Of a stretch of DNA of 64,000 nt, positions 1 through 11,808 are shown piece after piece (positions within the stretch are counted from its first letter, which is position 1; each line of letters begins with the position of its first letter). A program made the position numbers and the translations under genes. The DNA is from Gammaproteobacteria bacterium. GTDB lineage: Bacteria; Pseudomonadota; Gammaproteobacteria; RBG-16-57-12. A model generated the notes under the pieces. The model did no database searches and was not told where the DNA came from. It worked only from the letters and a program-made list of their open reading frames with translations. Where the stretch lies: positions 144-64,143 of the forward strand of contig JAFLJP010000104.1 of NCBI GenBank assembly GCA_022712945.1. Direction: 5' to 3'.

Positions 1-1
1 G

Positions 2-26
2 CAACCACTTTATATTGACGGATCAG
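2..26. repeat. Solo terminal-repeat remnant of MITE family G, overlapping the tilS 3' end
   Basis: CAACCACTTTATATTGACGGATCAG matches the terminal inverted repeats of the element at 26118-26380 (CAACCACTTTATATTGGCGGATCAG; reverse complement of the right end CAACCACTTTATATTGACGGGTCAG). Confidence 0.75.
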
Positions 27-1275
27 GGGTTAAACCAACAATTTCAATCAACTCCCCCTCCCGATAAAGCAACGGCAATCGATTCCGCTGCCATGGCGGT
101 ACACCATATTGCTGAAACAGTTTTTTCAGCGCGGTGTGGTGTGCTTTGTTTGGTAACCGTATCGACTCGCCACCCTGGCGAAAGCGTATCTGTAAGTCCT
201 GATCTTTGGCGGTGGTGAGTTCGCTGCGCTGTAATGTTAATCCCAAAGATTCAATCGTCAGCGATGGCTGGCTGGCTGGCCACGCTAGCACCTGACTGGC
301 ATCATGTGCAGTTAATGGCGGCATTAGGTAGAGTTTTCCTGCAAAACGCCGCAGTTCTGCCCCCGGCCATGCCACCAGCGGCATCGTATCGACTTTGGCA
401 GTCAGTAGTTGGGTTATTTGTTGTAGCTGCTGTGTGGTCGGCAGCGGTAGTTTTTGATTTGAAATCCAGTAACGCAGCAGATTATTTTGTCGTGCGCTAT
501 TCAATGTCAGTATCGCCTTCACCGGTAGTGTGGCGGGGTTATTCAGTACGATGTTTTGCAGATCTTGTGCGGCTAACTCATCACACAGTTGGGCACTTTG
601 GGCACAGTGGGAAGCACTGCGACTCAGGGTAGCATTCACACTGGGCCAACGTTGTTGCAGCTGCGGGATTATCTGGTTGCGCAGGAAGTTTCGGTCATAC
701 GCATCGTTGTTATTACTCTCATCCTCTACCCAGCGCAACTGATGGTATTCTGCATAAGCCTGTAACGCTTGACGCGAACAGGCGAGCAAGGGGCGCATCA
801 AGGTGCCGTTGGCAAAGAGGTGACTGTGGGGCATTGCCGCCAACCCTTTCACCCCACTACCCCGCAGGAGTTGTATTAGCAGGGTCTCTGCCTGATCATC
901 CTGATGATGGCCGGTTAGTAACAGGTCACCGGTGCCCATCCGTGTCGCCATGGCCTGATAACGGGCATTGCGGGCGGTGGCTTCCGGGCTTTCACCTGTT
1001 TTCGGTTGAGCGTTCACAGTAGTGGATTCAAAAATAACCCCCCAGCGTGCCGCATGCTCGGCACAGTGTGCCTGCCAAGCATCGGCATGTGGACTCAAAC
1101 CATGGTGGATATGTATGGCATGAAGGGGCTGCTTGAGCTGCCCCTGTGAGGCAAGCTCAGCCAGAGCGTGGAGTAATACAGTCGAGTCGAGGCCGCCGCT
1201 GTAGGCGACCCATAGTGTTTGCCGGGACGATAAGCTGGAGAGTGATGCCAGAAGCGATTGCAGGGGCAGGTTCAT
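10..1275 (-). CDS. tilS: tRNA(Ile)-lysidine synthetase
   Basis: PP-loop VAYSGGLDS, HIHHGL, ARNARY, HHQDDQAET, RNFLR and C-terminal VPPWQR; follows accA. Confidence 0.97.
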   Translation of the reverse strand: MNLPLQSLLASLSSLSSRQTLWVAYSGGLDSTVLLHALAELASQGQLKQPLHAIHIHHGLSPHADAWQAHCAEHAARWGVIFESTTVNAQPKTGESPEATARNARYQAMATRMGTGDLLLTGHHQDDQAETLLIQLLRGSGVKGLAAMPHSHLFANGTLMRPLLACSRQALQAYAEYHQLRWVEDESNNNDAYDRNFLRNQIIPQLQQRWPSVNATLSRSASHCAQSAQLCDELAAQDLQNIVLNNPATLPVKAILTLNSARQNNLLRYWISNQKLPLPTTQQLQQITQLLTAKVDTMPLVAWPGAELRRFAGKLYLMPPLTAHDASQVLAWPASQPSLTIESLGLTLQRSELTTAKDQDLQIRFRQGGESIRLPNKAHHTALKKLFQQYGVPPWQRNRLPLLYREGELIEIVGLTPDPSI

Positions 1276-1329
1276 TTATCCCGTGTCGTGTCTCGAGGTG
1301 GGTGTCTATTTAGCAAAAAAGAAACCAGG

Positions 1330-2289
1330 TTAAGACTCTTTGAAATTACCCACCGACATCAGGCGATCATAGCGGGTTGATAACAGCTGTTCACCAGAGA
1401 GTTCATCTAGGCTGTTCAGATTATCGATCAAGGTATTTTTCAGACTTTCGGCCACCGCATCCATATCACGATGGGCACCACCCAGTGGCTCTGGAATAAC
1501 CGCATCAATTAAGCCCAGTTCTTTCAGGCGCTCTGCGGTGATGCCCATCGCCTCTGCTGCATCAGAAGCACGCTCTGCGCTCTTCCACAGTATGGTGGCA
1601 CACCCTTCGGGAGAGATAACCGAGTAGGTTGAGTGTTGCAACATCAGGGTGCGGTCACCCACACCAATCGCCAGTGCACCGCCTGAACCCCCTTCACCAA
1701 TAACCGTACAGATAATTGGTGTTTTAAGTCGTGCCATCACTTCGAGATTTTTGGCAATTGCTTCCGATTGATTGCGCTCTTCAGCATCAATACCGGGGTA
1801 GGCTCCCGGGGTGTCGATAAAGGTGAGAATCGGCATTTTAAAACGCTCGGCCATCTCCATCAGGCGTAGTGCTTTGCGGTAACCCTCAGGACGTGGCATG
1901 CCAAAATTACGGCGGATTTTCTCTTTGGTATCACGCCCCTTCTGCTGGCCAAGCACCATCACCGGGCGACCATCCAGTCGGCCAATGCCACCGACCAGTG
2001 CCGGGTCATCGGCAAAGTGACGATCACCGTGCAGCTCTTCAAAGTCGGTCAGGATACGCTCAATATAGTCCAGGGTGTAAGGGCGCTGGGGGTGACGTGC
2101 CAACTGCGATACCTGCCAAGCAGTTAATTTGGAGAAAATTTCTTCGGTCAATTTGCCGCTCTTCGCCTGCATCGCGCTAATCTCTTCGGAGAGGTTAACT
2201 TCCGAGTCATTACCCACATGGCGCAACTCTTCAATTTTTGCCTCTAATTCAGCAATCGGGCGTTCAAAATCCAGGAAATTCATATTCAT
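1330..2289 (-). CDS. accA: Acetyl-CoA carboxylase carboxyltransferase subunit alpha
   Basis: [47 protein letters not shown]. Confidence 0.98.
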   Translation of the reverse strand: MNMNFLDFERPIAELEAKIEELRHVGNDSEVNLSEEISAMQAKSGKLTEEIFSKLTAWQVSQLARHPQRPYTLDYIERILTDFEELHGDRHFADDPALVGGIGRLDGRPVMVLGQQKGRDTKEKIRRNFGMPRPEGYRKALRLMEMAERFKMPILTFIDTPGAYPGIDAEERNQSEAIAKNLEVMARLKTPIICTVIGEGGSGGALAIGVGDRTLMLQHSTYSVISPEGCATILWKSAERASDAAEAMGITAERLKELGLIDAVIPEPLGGAHRDMDAVAESLKNTLIDNLNSLDELSGEQLLSTRYDRLMSVGNFKES

Positions 2290-2379
2290 TCTTAATCACT
2301 CAAGTTTTACTTGCTCTCGAACTACTGATTGTAAGGGTTTTTGCGCTAAAAAACGACCGCAAGAGAATTCAGACACTCA

Positions 2380-5300
2380 TCAACGATAAACAATCTCTAC
2401 ATTTTCGTTGCCGATCAATTGCCGTAACGAGTCAAGCAGTTGTTCGTCGGGGCGAATACGCCAAGCATCGCCAAAACTGAGTTCAACTTTGGCCTTGCTG
2501 TTGTGGTATTCAACCACCAGCGGGCAGCGCCCTTCACGGTAGGGTGTTAATCGATGACTGAGTTCGTCCAGCAAACCATTCTCCGCACGGGTATAGTTAA
2601 AACGCAGCACCAAATATTTGGCAAACTGCTCCCGCGCCTGGGCTAGGTCATACAGCTCTTTGCAGTTCAGACGCAGGCCACCGCTGTATTCGTCGTTGCT
2701 GACATCCCCTTCGATCACTAGAATGTTATCTTTTAGCAACACATCAGTGTAGCGCTCTAGCGCTTCTGAGAAGAGGGTGAATTCGATGCGGGCACTGCGA
2801 TCATCCAGGGTGATGATGGCCATTTTTCCCCGGCGCGAGTTGATCATGCGAATATCCAGCAGCAGGCCCGCCACCACTACGCGATTTCCCCGCGCCGGTT
2901 TCAGCTCAACAATGCGTGAGGTGGTCATGTTGCGCAGCTCTACGGCGTAGGGTTGAATCGGATGACCGGTAAGAAACAGCCCCAGGGTCTCTTTTTCCAG
3001 TTTCAGGCGGTAATCTTCTTTCCATTCGGTTGTAACATCGTAGTGTCCCTGAGACTCTCCATCTTCCGAGACAGGCTCGGCAAAACCAAACATATCAACA
3101 ACGCCTGAGAGTTGATCCTTATGATGTTTGTCCGCCATGCGCAGTGCGGTTTCGATGTTTTGCATCAAAGTGGCGCGGTTGGGGCCGATGTTGTCCATGC
3201 CCCCCCCCTTCACTAGCGCCTCCAGCACCCGTTTATTGACCTTACGCAGGTCAACTCGACGACAAAAGTCGAATAGATCCTGATAGGGGCCGTTTTGCTG
3301 CCGTTCATTAATAACATTTTCAATCGCCCCTTCACCGACCCCTTTGATCGCCCCCAGTCCGTACAGAACGGTACCATCGTCCAGCACCGTGAATTGATAG
3401 GCACAGGCGTTGACATCCGGCGGTACCACTTTCAGCTTCATCTCGTGGCACTCATCCACCAGAATCACCACCTTGTCGGTGTTATCCATATCTGCCGACA
3501 TCACCGCCGCCATAAATGCAGCCGGGTAGTGCGCCTTGAGCCAGGCGGTTTGGTAGGAGACTAATGCGTAGGCGGCTGAGTGAGATTTGTTGAAGCCGTA
3601 TCCGGCAAACTTCTCGACCAGATCGAAAATCTTCATCGCCAGTTCGCCGTCGATGCCGTTATTGATGGCACCCTCTTCAAAACTTTGGCGCTGCTTGGCC
3701 ATCTCTTCAGGCTTCTTTTTGCCCATGGCGCGGCGCAGCATGTCGGCACCACCCAGGGTATAACCCGAGAGTACCTGGGCAATCTGCATCACCTGCTCTT
3801 GATAGAGGATGATGCCGTAGGTGGGTTCCAGAATCTCTTTTAATGAGTCGTGCTGCCACTGGGCATCGGGGTAGGAGACCCGCTCGCGGCCGTGTTTACG
3901 ATTGATGAAGTTATCCACCATGCCCGATTGCAGCGGGCCGGGGCGAAACAGCGCCACCAGTGCGATAATATCTTCAAAGCTATCGGGCTGTAACCGTTTG
4001 ATCAGATCTTTCATACCCCGGGATTCCAGCTGGAAAACGGCGGTAGTTTTACACCCCCGGAGCAGCTTGAATGAAGCGGGGTCATTCAGCGGAATCGAGA
4101 CAATATCGATCTCTTCGCCGGTGGCTTTTTTGATGTTTTTAATCGTCCAGTCGATGATGGTGAGGGTACGCAGCCCCAGAAAATCGAACTTTACCAAGCC
4201 GACCGATTCCACATCGTTTTTATCAAACTGGGTGACCAATGACTCGCCTCCTTCTTCGCAATAGAGTGGGGCAAAGTCGGTGAGTTTGGTGGGGCTGATC
4301 ACCACTCCACCGGCGTGTTTCCCGGCGTTGCGGGTCAGGCCTTCCAGCTTAAAGGCCATATCCAGCAGCGCTGTGACCTCTTCATTCTCTTCATACTCGC
4401 GTTTGAACTCCGGCTCCATCTCCATCGCTTTTCTCAGCGTCATGCCCGGTTCAAACGGAATCATTTTGGAGATACGATCCACAAAACCGTAGGGGTGGCC
4501 CATCACCCGCCCCACATCCCGCACCACCGCTTTGGCTGCCATGGTGCCGTAGGTGATGATCTGCGACACTTTGTCACGGCCGTAATATTGCGCCACATAG
4601 TCGATAACCCGGTCACGGCCATCCATGCAGAAGTCAATATCGAAATCGGGCATTGAGACTCGTTCCGGATTCAGGAATCGCTCAAACAGCAGGTCATATT
4701 TGAGTGGGTCCAGATCGGTAATGTCCAGCGCATAAGCGACCAGCGACCCGGCACCGGAACCACGACCCGGCCCCACTGGAACACCATTATTTTTTCCCCA
4801 GCGGATAAAGTCGGCAACGATCAGGAAATAACCGGGGAAGCCCATGTCGATGATCACCTTAAGCTCAATTTCAAGGCGTTCATCATAGGGTTTGCGTATT
4901 TCAGCAAAATCAGCCGCCTGACGATCAAACAGAAAATCGAGCCGCTTTTCCAGGCCTTCTCGGGAGAGCTGACGAAAGTACTCGTCCATGGTCAACCCTT
5001 GCGGCACCGGGAAGTCCGGCAGGTAATAGGTACCCTGCTTCACTTCAACACTACAACGCTTGGCAATCTCAACCGTATTGGCTAACGCCTCTGGAATATC
5101 CGAAAAGAGCGCCGCCATCTCCTCAGGCGTGCGCAAATACTGCTGTTCAGAGTAGTTTTTGGGGCGATGAGGATCATCGAGAACACGCCCTTCATTAATA
5201 CAGACCCGCAGTTCGTGGGCCTCGAAATCATCTTGGGTGATAAAACAGACTTCATTGGTTGCTACCACCGGCGTATCAAACTTTGTCGCCAGATCAACCG

Positions 5301-5850
5301 CCTGATGCAGGTAATCATTTTCCTGAACCCGCCCGGTGCGGCTGAGTTCCAGGTAGAAGCTATCGGGAAATATCCGCTTCCACTCATTCAAGCGACGAAC
5401 CGCTTCATCGACATTCCCGGCCAGCAGTGCCTGACCTATTTCACCCTGCCGCCCCCCCGAGAGTGCAATCAATCCTGTTGATTTTTCTGCAATCCATTCA
5501 CGACGCACAATGGCCCTGCCGTGGTGCTGTCCGTCGGTATAGCTTTGCGAGACAATCTCAATAAGGTTTCGGTACCCCTGCGGGTTTTTGCTCAACAGCA
5601 GCAAGTGGGAGGGCTGATTGGGTTCATCTTCATTATGCAGCCAGATATCACAGCCGATAATCGGCTTCACACCGGCACTCACCGCCGCATTATAAAATTT
5701 CACCAGACCAAACATATTGCTCTGGTCAGTCAACGCCACCGCAGGCATACCGGCGGCGGCCACCGCTTTAACCAGCGGTTTAAGGCGCACCATGCTATCA
5801 ACCATGGCGAATTCAGAGTGGACACGAAGATGTACAAAGGCAGGATTCAT
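2380..5850 (-). CDS. dnaE: DNA polymerase III subunit alpha
   Basis: PHP motif [44 protein letters not shown]; 1156 aa, no intein. Confidence 0.99.
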   Translation of the reverse strand: MNPAFVHLRVHSEFAMVDSMVRLKPLVKAVAAAGMPAVALTDQSNMFGLVKFYNAAVSAGVKPIIGCDIWLHNEDEPNQPSHLLLLSKNPQGYRNLIEIVSQSYTDGQHHGRAIVRREWIAEKSTGLIALSGGRQGEIGQALLAGNVDEAVRRLNEWKRIFPDSFYLELSRTGRVQENDYLHQAVDLATKFDTPVVATNEVCFITQDDFEAHELRVCINEGRVLDDPHRPKNYSEQQYLRTPEEMAALFSDIPEALANTVEIAKRCSVEVKQGTYYLPDFPVPQGLTMDEYFRQLSREGLEKRLDFLFDRQAADFAEIRKPYDERLEIELKVIIDMGFPGYFLIVADFIRWGKNNGVPVGPGRGSGAGSLVAYALDITDLDPLKYDLLFERFLNPERVSMPDFDIDFCMDGRDRVIDYVAQYYGRDKVSQIITYGTMAAKAVVRDVGRVMGHPYGFVDRISKMIPFEPGMTLRKAMEMEPEFKREYEENEEVTALLDMAFKLEGLTRNAGKHAGGVVISPTKLTDFAPLYCEEGGESLVTQFDKNDVESVGLVKFDFLGLRTLTIIDWTIKNIKKATGEEIDIVSIPLNDPASFKLLRGCKTTAVFQLESRGMKDLIKRLQPDSFEDIIALVALFRPGPLQSGMVDNFINRKHGRERVSYPDAQWQHDSLKEILEPTYGIILYQEQVMQIAQVLSGYTLGGADMLRRAMGKKKPEEMAKQRQSFEEGAINNGIDGELAMKIFDLVEKFAGYGFNKSHSAAYALVSYQTAWLKAHYPAAFMAAVMSADMDNTDKVVILVDECHEMKLKVVPPDVNACAYQFTVLDDGTVLYGLGAIKGVGEGAIENVINERQQNGPYQDLFDFCRRVDLRKVNKRVLEALVKGGGMDNIGPNRATLMQNIETALRMADKHHKDQLSGVVDMFGFAEPVSEDGESQGHYDVTTEWKEDYRLKLEKETLGLFLTGHPIQPYAVELRNMTTSRIVELKPARGNRVVVAGLLLDIRMINSRRGKMAIITLDDRSARIEFTLFSEALERYTDVLLKDNILVIEGDVSNDEYSGGLRLNCKELYDLAQAREQFAKYLVLRFNYTRAENGLLDELSHRLTPYREGRCPLVVEYHNSKAKVELSFGDAWRIRPDEQLLDSLRQLIGNENVEIVYR

Positions 5851-5901
5851 GCGGGCACTTTACGGTAATGGGGAGGGCGGTTCAAGCACCACTGACCAAG
5901 A

Positions 5902-6108
5902 TCACTTTTTACGATTTTTAAACAGGTTGGCCATATCGAAACCAAAATAGCGAAAACAGGAGATCAACAAAAACACTGCCGTTGCCTCATCCAGGTTACC
6001 AATACCGGGGATATTATCGGGAATCAACTCAAGCACTCCCGCTGTTGGATTTAGCAGATAAAGCACCGACAGTAACGCAACAATCACCACCAGAATATTT
6101 TTTTGCAT
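5902..6108 (-). CDS. DUF1232/YkvA-like small membrane protein
   Basis: LYLLNP...ELIPDNIPGIGNLDE motif; GGGAG ribosome-binding site upstream. Confidence 0.8.
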   Translation of the reverse strand: MQKNILVVIVALLSVLYLLNPTAGVLELIPDNIPGIGNLDEATAVFLLISCFRYFGFDMANLFKNRKK

Positions 6109-6172
6109 GATCTTCTCCCGTAAAAATACATTATGCGGGTTTGCGGTGGCTATTCAACGTATTTTTATCTCC

Positions 6173-6279
6173 TTAAGGAGCCTCTCAATAAGTCTCTTTT
6201 TCACCCAGAACAGACAGGTAGTCCATTGATAAATAAATATTTAAAAATTATTCCCGGGACTTAATCAGAGGCGCCTTAA
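6173..6279. mobile_element. MITE-like element, family A (TTAA-flanked)
   Basis: TTAA-GGAGCCTCTCAATAAGTC ... GACTTAATCAGAGGCGCC-TTAA; imperfect TIRs related to those at 11809-11974. Confidence 0.7.
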
Positions 6280-6307
6280 TGATAGATAAAATAGCTAGAA
6301 AACCGGC

Positions 6308-6353
6308 TAAAGCCTCGACCGCCAAAGCGTTTTTTCCGGCGTTCGAGGCTTTA
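6308..6353. repeat. Inverted repeat downstream of ogt (terminator or MITE remnant)
   Basis: TAAAGCCTCGAcCGCC ... GGCGtTCGAGGCTTTA. Confidence 0.45.
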
Positions 6354-6398
6354 AGCTGTCTATTACCAGAAGTAGGGCAGCCCAATTGATTATCACGG

Positions 6399-6863
6399 TT
6401 AAGTTTTAAATTTTGCTCCTTCATGGGTGAGCAGCCACGCTTTGCGGTCAACCCCACCGGCATAGCCGGTCAGGGTGCCGTTACTGCCAATCACCCGGTG
6501 ACAGGGCACGATGATTCCAATGGGGTTTTTGCCATTAGCGGCACCCACAGCACGCACCGCTTTTTTGTTATTTATTTTCTCGGCAATATTCGCATATGAG
6601 ACGACTTGACCGAAGGGTATCTGTATCAGGTTGTCCCAGACAGTGCGTTGAAACGGGGTGCCCTGTTGGTCAAGCGGCAGATCGAATAGACGGCGTTTGC
6701 CAGAAAAATACTCGTGTAGCTGTTGTTTGCAGCGATCAGTCAGTTCACTGTGGTGAACGGTGTGGTTTTCCGCTGCAGAAAAATCGACCCGGATGATCCC
6801 TTGCATGGAAGCCCGGATGGTTATCACGCCAATCGGTGTGTTCAGATAGTCGGTATAGATCAC
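6399..6863 (-). CDS. ogt: Methylated-DNA--protein-cysteine S-methyltransferase
   Basis: [28 protein letters not shown] active site; GTG start overlaps the upstream stop (GTGA). Confidence 0.95.
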   Translation of the reverse strand: MIYTDYLNTPIGVITIRASMQGIIRVDFSAAENHTVHHSELTDRCKQQLHEYFSGKRRLFDLPLDQQGTPFQRTVWDNLIQIPFGQVVSYANIAEKINNKKAVRAVGAANGKNPIGIIVPCHRVIGSNGTLTGYAGGVDRKAWLLTHEGAKFKT

Positions 6864-8224
6864 AGTTGACTCCACAGTTGTAAGGTTAAATAGCTTCGCC
6901 ACGGCGCGGCCTGCTCGGGGGTGAATCGGGTGGTCAGTTTCTCTGCGGCTTTTTTAACCCCCAGATCACCAGCCAGATAGATGTCCGGATTGCTTAGCCC
7001 CCGCAGTTGCGCGTACTCCACCGTCCACGGCCCGATCCCTTTTAGGCTTAACCATTGATTGGGGTCGTCGGGTGAGTGGTGATCCAAATAGTGCTGCGCG
7101 AGGTTACGCAGTGTCTGCTTACGCGATGCCGGTATCTTCAGGAAACCAAGCTCACTTTTTGCAATAGACCTTGGCGATGGAAACAGCCGCTGTGCTCCGC
7201 AGGGTTGGCCAAGCTCAGCCACCAGTGTTGTGACCAAATTACGTGCGGCTACAACAGAGATCTGCTGCCCCAAAATAGCCCTGATTCCCGCTTCAAACAG
7301 ACTCCATATACCGGGCAGACGTAACCCGCTTTTGATTAAGCTGGCATCGACAAAACAGTGTTGCAGATCCTGTTCAACCGCATCAATATCAACATCCAGA
7401 TCCAGAATACGCCGAATGTTATTAACAATCGCTTTCAAATACGTGACATCGTCCAGCTCAATAGTGAGATCAAAGCGGTTTTTAGATTCAACATGCTGAG
7501 CAGTAAAGCACCCACTGCAACCGTGCCACTCAAATGTTCGGCCATAACGCTGCTCATCACACCACTCGAGCTGGGGAATGGCTCTGGTGGTAAAAAAATC
7601 ACGTAGATAAGACCACTCATAAGGGGGGCGATAACAGAGCTGAAGTGATACCGATCCGGTGGTTGTTTTTTCCGATCGTCGTATCTGCGACGGTGTTAAC
7701 CCAAGTTGCGATTGAAAACAGTCGTTAAAGCGACGAATGCTGTTAAAACCACTGGTCAGTGCAATGTCAGTGATCGGCAGTGTAGTTTGATGCAGCAGCT
7801 GTTTGGCAAACAGGCACTGTTGATAAAGGGCGTAGGCTTTGGGTGAAATGCCGAGGTGTTTTTTGAACAGCTGACGTAAATAACGCTCACCAATTCCCAA
7901 TTTTTCCGCCAGCGAAGGTAGCGAACCTTCATGTAAATCCCCCTCACCAATCAGGCGAATGGCTCGATCCAGCGTGGTATTAACCCCTCGCCATGCCGGT
8001 GACCCGGGCGCACTATCGGGCCGACAGCGCAAGCAGGGGCGATAACCCGCTAACGCCGCTTCGATGCCTGAGGCGAAATAGAGTACATTCTCTTCTTTAG
8101 GTGTGGTGGCCGGACAGATAGGACGACAGTAGATACCGGTGGTTTTAACTGCGGTGAAAAATTTACCATCAAATCGCGGGTCACGGGAGAGTCTGGCTTT
8201 TTGGCAAACGTCAGGATTTAGCAT
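6860..8224 (-). CDS. alkA: AdaA-AlkA fusion (Ada Zn domain, AraC HTH, 3-methyladenine DNA glycosylase II)
   Basis: [13 protein letters not shown] and RPCLRCRP (Ada Zn site), [10 protein letters not shown] (AraC), ILGQQIS and KGIGPWT (HhH-GPD). Confidence 0.93.
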   Translation of the reverse strand: MLNPDVCQKARLSRDPRFDGKFFTAVKTTGIYCRPICPATTPKEENVLYFASGIEAALAGYRPCLRCRPDSAPGSPAWRGVNTTLDRAIRLIGEGDLHEGSLPSLAEKLGIGERYLRQLFKKHLGISPKAYALYQQCLFAKQLLHQTTLPITDIALTSGFNSIRRFNDCFQSQLGLTPSQIRRSEKTTTGSVSLQLCYRPPYEWSYLRDFFTTRAIPQLEWCDEQRYGRTFEWHGCSGCFTAQHVESKNRFDLTIELDDVTYLKAIVNNIRRILDLDVDIDAVEQDLQHCFVDASLIKSGLRLPGIWSLFEAGIRAILGQQISVVAARNLVTTLVAELGQPCGAQRLFPSPRSIAKSELGFLKIPASRKQTLRNLAQHYLDHHSPDDPNQWLSLKGIGPWTVEYAQLRGLSNPDIYLAGDLGVKKAAEKLTTRFTPEQAAPWRSYLTLQLWSQL

Positions 8225-8310
8225 CAATGTTTCAACTTCGATTAAACTGAACTGACTATAACCCGTCCTTCTGGAAATACTAGCCAGAATCGGAACTCAA
8301 CCTTTGAAGC

Positions 8311-8342
8311 AAAAAAGCCCGTTTCAAAATGAAACGGGCTTT
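8311..8342 (-). terminator. Intrinsic terminator after the ODP gene
   Basis: AAAGCCCGTTTC-AAAAT-GAAACGGGCTTT, followed by T6 on the minus strand. Confidence 0.8.
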
Positions 8343-8373
8343 CCGTGGGTTGTTCTCTTCATCGGTTGGAAGG

Positions 8374-9102
8374 CTACACTCCGGTGCCAACCTCTAACGC
8401 CTCAAACCAGTCTAGGAAGCGTTTCACATCATCCCCTTTGTAGATACGACCGTGTTGTGGTGCCAAGATCTCAATATCCAGGTGGCGCACCCGGTTGACC
8501 CAGTCGTTCTTGGCTCGATTTGATGGCATCCAGCGTTGGTGGAACATTTTCATTTTAGGGATATGTTCATCGAAGTTATCAACAAACATCGGTGCGCCAT
8601 CCGCCTCCAGAGCGGCACCTATGTCACCCGAAAATAGAATTTTCGCCTCTGAATCATAGACGTTGAAGTTGCCAGATGAGTGCAGGTAGTGGGCTGGGAT
8701 CAGCTGTAACGATAACTCTCCTAGATCGATCGTTCCACCATCGTCGGGTAGTGGAACATACTCGATATTATTCAAACCAAAGTGACGGATAAAGCTCTCC
8801 CACAACCACGGCGAATGCAACTTGGCGTTGGGCAGCACCTGATCCCACAACCCCAGTGAAGAGATAATATCGGGGTCTTGATGTGAGGCAAACAGGTCGG
8901 TAATTTGATCCACTGAGACGTGGTGTAGTACCGCAGCCAGCATGGATGAAAAAATCTCAATGCCACCAGGATCAAGCAGTAGTGTGCGATTAGGGGTCGA
9001 TATTAGGTATTGGTTGGTATCGATAATTTTTTCAGGCTTGTCCGGGTCTCGACCAAAGACAACCCATTGGTGTTTTCCATCATAAATTGTCGTGGCTTTC
9101 AT
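8374..9102 (-). CDS. MBL-fold oxygen-binding di-iron protein (ODP family; stand-alone FprA-like N-terminal domain)
   Basis: NQYLI, LLDPGG, SHQDPD, AHYLHS, LFSGDIG, FHQRWMPS, APQHG; no flavodoxin domain; adjacent chemoreceptor-like gene. Confidence 0.8.
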   Translation of the reverse strand: MKATTIYDGKHQWVVFGRDPDKPEKIIDTNQYLISTPNRTLLLDPGGIEIFSSMLAAVLHHVSVDQITDLFASHQDPDIISSLGLWDQVLPNAKLHSPWLWESFIRHFGLNNIEYVPLPDDGGTIDLGELSLQLIPAHYLHSSGNFNVYDSEAKILFSGDIGAALEADGAPMFVDNFDEHIPKMKMFHQRWMPSNRAKNDWVNRVRHLDIEILAPQHGRIYKGDDVKRFLDWFEALEVGTGV

Positions 9103-9761
9103 TTTGGTTCCTTAATTTTTTTATTAATCGCTCGCTTCAACTGCTGAGCATGTTGCAACCGTGAGGAGCACTCCTTGACATGTTTTTTGATCACTTCGAC
9201 CGCTTTTTCCAGGTTATCTGCCACCACGCTCAACCCTTCACGAAACTCTTCTGCACGTGACGCTTCAACCCGACAGCTGGATGAAATGGCGGTGGCGGCG
9301 CGCATGTCACTGTTGATGCTGCCAAGTAGCTCTGACAGGTGATCAAGGCGTCTATCAAACTGCTGATTCAGCTCCAGAAGACGAGCATCAACATCGGCAA
9401 CAATATTGACGAACGAGGAGAGTATGGATGGATGTTCAACACGTCTGACTACATCGTGCATACGACGCCGGGCATCGTTGGTGCGAATCTCTTGGGAGCT
9501 GATTCGAGAGATATTTAACGCCTCTTCATCGATTTGACGTACCATTTTCAAGGTATGGCGCGCCATGTCATCGATAAAATTGGTAATGGGCTGAAAGCCA
9601 CGAGCTTTATCACCGGCACGGGCGGCAATCGCCTTGGCATTCTTCGCCCCGATTGAGATCTCTTTGGCAATTTTCATTACCTCGCTCAGCTCGGCGGCAA
9701 TGACGGTCACTGACACCAGCACCTCTCCCTCAGCCAATCGTATATTTTTTATTCTCGCCAT
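9099..9761 (-). CDS. Small soluble chemoreceptor-like coiled-coil protein with two degenerate MCP tip motifs
   Basis: AKNAKAIAARAGDKARGFQPI and RVEASRAEEFREGLSVVAD resemble [20 protein letters not shown]; no transmembrane segment; ATGA overlap with the ODP gene. Confidence 0.7.
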   Translation of the reverse strand: MARIKNIRLAEGEVLVSVTVIAAELSEVMKIAKEISIGAKNAKAIAARAGDKARGFQPITNFIDDMARHTLKMVRQIDEEALNISRISSQEIRTNDARRRMHDVVRRVEHPSILSSFVNIVADVDARLLELNQQFDRRLDHLSELLGSINSDMRAATAISSSCRVEASRAEEFREGLSVVADNLEKAVEVIKKHVKECSSRLQHAQQLKRAINKKIKEPK

Positions 9762-9858
9762 AACAGATTATCTTCTTGGTTATGTTCCGGTATCCATCGG
9801 CATCGTCCATAAAAGGGTGACCTTTAGCCTTAACCCCGATTCCCAACCAAAAATGCAA

Positions 9859-10638
9859 CTATCTTGCCACCGGGGTCTGCTGCTGCAAGATGATTGCTCT
9901 AACGGCGGCCAGATCCCGGGGGGTATCCACTCCATGGCCTGGATGCTCGTGGGCCTCCTCCACATAGATTTTTTCCCCATTCCACAATACCCGCAACTGC
10001 TCCAGTGATTCCATCTGTTCCAGACCAGAGACCGGCCATGTGACATAGCGACGCAGAAAACCACAGCGATAGCCGTACAGACCGATGTGGCGGTAGTGTT
10101 CTGACCCTTCGGGTAGCATTTCAGTGGTAGAAGAGAAGGCATCTCGATCCCAGGGGATGACGGCGCGACTAAAATAGATCGCGTAGTTATTCATATCGCG
10201 CACCACCTTGACCAGGTGAGGGTCAAACAGCTCCCCGGCGGTGGTGATGCGTTCACACAGTGTTGAGACGCTCGCTTGGGGGTGGTCAGCCAGCCCTTGT
10301 GCCACTTGTCGAATCAGTGATGGGGGAATCAGCGGTTCGTCACCTTGCAGATTCACCACAATTTCATCATCAGCGAGTGCCTTTTTTTCAATCACTTCTG
10401 ACAGGCGATCAGTACCTGAGGTGTGTTCTGTCGATGTCATACAGCACTCGCCACCAAAGCTGGCAACAACATCGACGATACGCTGATCATCGGTGGCGAC
10501 TGTGACAGAGCTGGCTCCGGTCTCGATTGCCCGTTCGTAGACATGCTGAATCATCGGCTTTCCGGCAATATCGAGCAGCGGTTTCCCCGGTAGGCGGCTG
10601 GCAGAAAACCGGGCCGGTATCACCACATGAAAGGTCAC
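9859..10638 (-). CDS. kdsB: 3-deoxy-manno-octulosonate cytidylyltransferase
   Basis: IPARFSASRLPGKPL, SGTDR, NLQGDEP, YFSR, HIGLYGY, ESLEQLR. Confidence 0.97.
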   Translation of the reverse strand: MTFHVVIPARFSASRLPGKPLLDIAGKPMIQHVYERAIETGASSVTVATDDQRIVDVVASFGGECCMTSTEHTSGTDRLSEVIEKKALADDEIVVNLQGDEPLIPPSLIRQVAQGLADHPQASVSTLCERITTAGELFDPHLVKVVRDMNNYAIYFSRAVIPWDRDAFSSTTEMLPEGSEHYRHIGLYGYRCGFLRRYVTWPVSGLEQMESLEQLRVLWNGEKIYVEEAHEHPGHGVDTPRDLAAVRAIILQQQTPVAR

Positions 10639-10818
10639 TTATACCTCCTCGTCAGCAGGCAGTTGGCGCGCCTCATCTTCCAGCATCACCGGAATATCAT
10701 CCCGAATCGGGTAGGCGAGGCGGTCAACTTTACAGATCAGCTCTTCAGCATTTTTTTGATAAACCAAAGGCCCTTTACAGACGGGACAGGCCAGAATGTC
10801 CAATAAACGCTTATCCAT
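10639..10818 (-). CDS. ycaR: Trm112-family protein (59 aa, absent from the ORF track)
   Basis: Manual translation [59 protein letters not shown]; canonical position between lpxK and kdsB. Confidence 0.93.
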   Translation of the reverse strand: MDKRLLDILACPVCKGPLVYQKNAEELICKVDRLAYPIRDDIPVMLEDEARQLPADEEV

Positions 10819-11794
10819 TATTGATCCTCTTTAACAACAGATTAAGGCGATGCACAAAGACATCGTCCAACTCGGCACTCACCGGCAGAACCCAGTGGCG
10901 CTCATTGGCAAAGTGTTGACACTTCACCGCATCTTTCTCGGTCATAATTACCAACAGGTCATCGGGAAACTGAATGTCAGATGCCTCGAAGGGGTGGTGA
11001 TCGGGCATGGGGTGTTCAATCACCTCCAGACCACTGGCACGCAGTTGATCAAAAAAACGTTTGGGGTTGCCAATTCCCGCCACCCCATGCACACGACACC
11101 CCGCCAGTGCACGCAACGGCTGAGCAATACCCGGTTTATCAAGCCGTGTCAGCCGTGTTCCGTTAAGCCGCATGGAGAACTCCCCTCCTCCCGCCTGGCC
11201 ATTGATCACCACTAGGTCAACGCTGTTTAAACGGCTAACCGGTTCTCGCAGGGGGCCAGCCGGTAGACAATACCCATTACCAAAACGTCGCACCCCATCC
11301 ACCACCACGATTTCAAGGTCACGGTGCATGTCGTAGTGCTGTAGACCATCGTCTGAAATAATAATATCGCAATCGGTATGCTTCAACAGTGCCCGTGCTG
11401 CATTGATCCGCTGTGGTGCCGCTGCCACGGGGCATTGACAACGACGAGCCAGTAGCACCGTTTCATCCCCCACCATCTCTGGGTCACTGTCACTGCGTAC
11501 TTGCTGCGGCCATTTTTTGGCTTTGCCGCCATAACCTCGGCTAATAATTGCCGGTTTGTAGCCCAAGGTGCGCAGGTGATCCACCATCCAGGCCACCAGC
11601 GGGGTTTTACCTGTGCCACCCACTGAGATATTGCCCACCACAATGATCGGTACCGATACCTGCTGGGGCTTGACCAGGCCGAACAGATAGATCCACCGTT
11701 TCAGCGTTGATAGCAGGAAAAACAGCCCGGAAAGAGGGAGTAGTATGTATTGCCACGGTGACTGACCATACCAGATGGTTTCAATTTTTTTCAT
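10811..11794 (-). CDS. lpxK: Tetraacyldisaccharide 4'-kinase
   Basis: [45 protein letters not shown]. Confidence 0.97.
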   Translation of the reverse strand: MKKIETIWYGQSPWQYILLPLSGLFFLLSTLKRWIYLFGLVKPQQVSVPIIVVGNISVGGTGKTPLVAWMVDHLRTLGYKPAIISRGYGGKAKKWPQQVRSDSDPEMVGDETVLLARRCQCPVAAAPQRINAARALLKHTDCDIIISDDGLQHYDMHRDLEIVVVDGVRRFGNGYCLPAGPLREPVSRLNSVDLVVINGQAGGGEFSMRLNGTRLTRLDKPGIAQPLRALAGCRVHGVAGIGNPKRFFDQLRASGLEVIEHPMPDHHPFEASDIQFPDDLLVIMTEKDAVKCQHFANERHWVLPVSAELDDVFVHRLNLLLKRINNG

Positions 11795-11808
11795 AACAGC
11801 TCAGTGGC

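Noticed and set aside
2380-5850. Intein or split in dnaE
   Set aside because: Length and motif spacing are normal and no intein signature is present.
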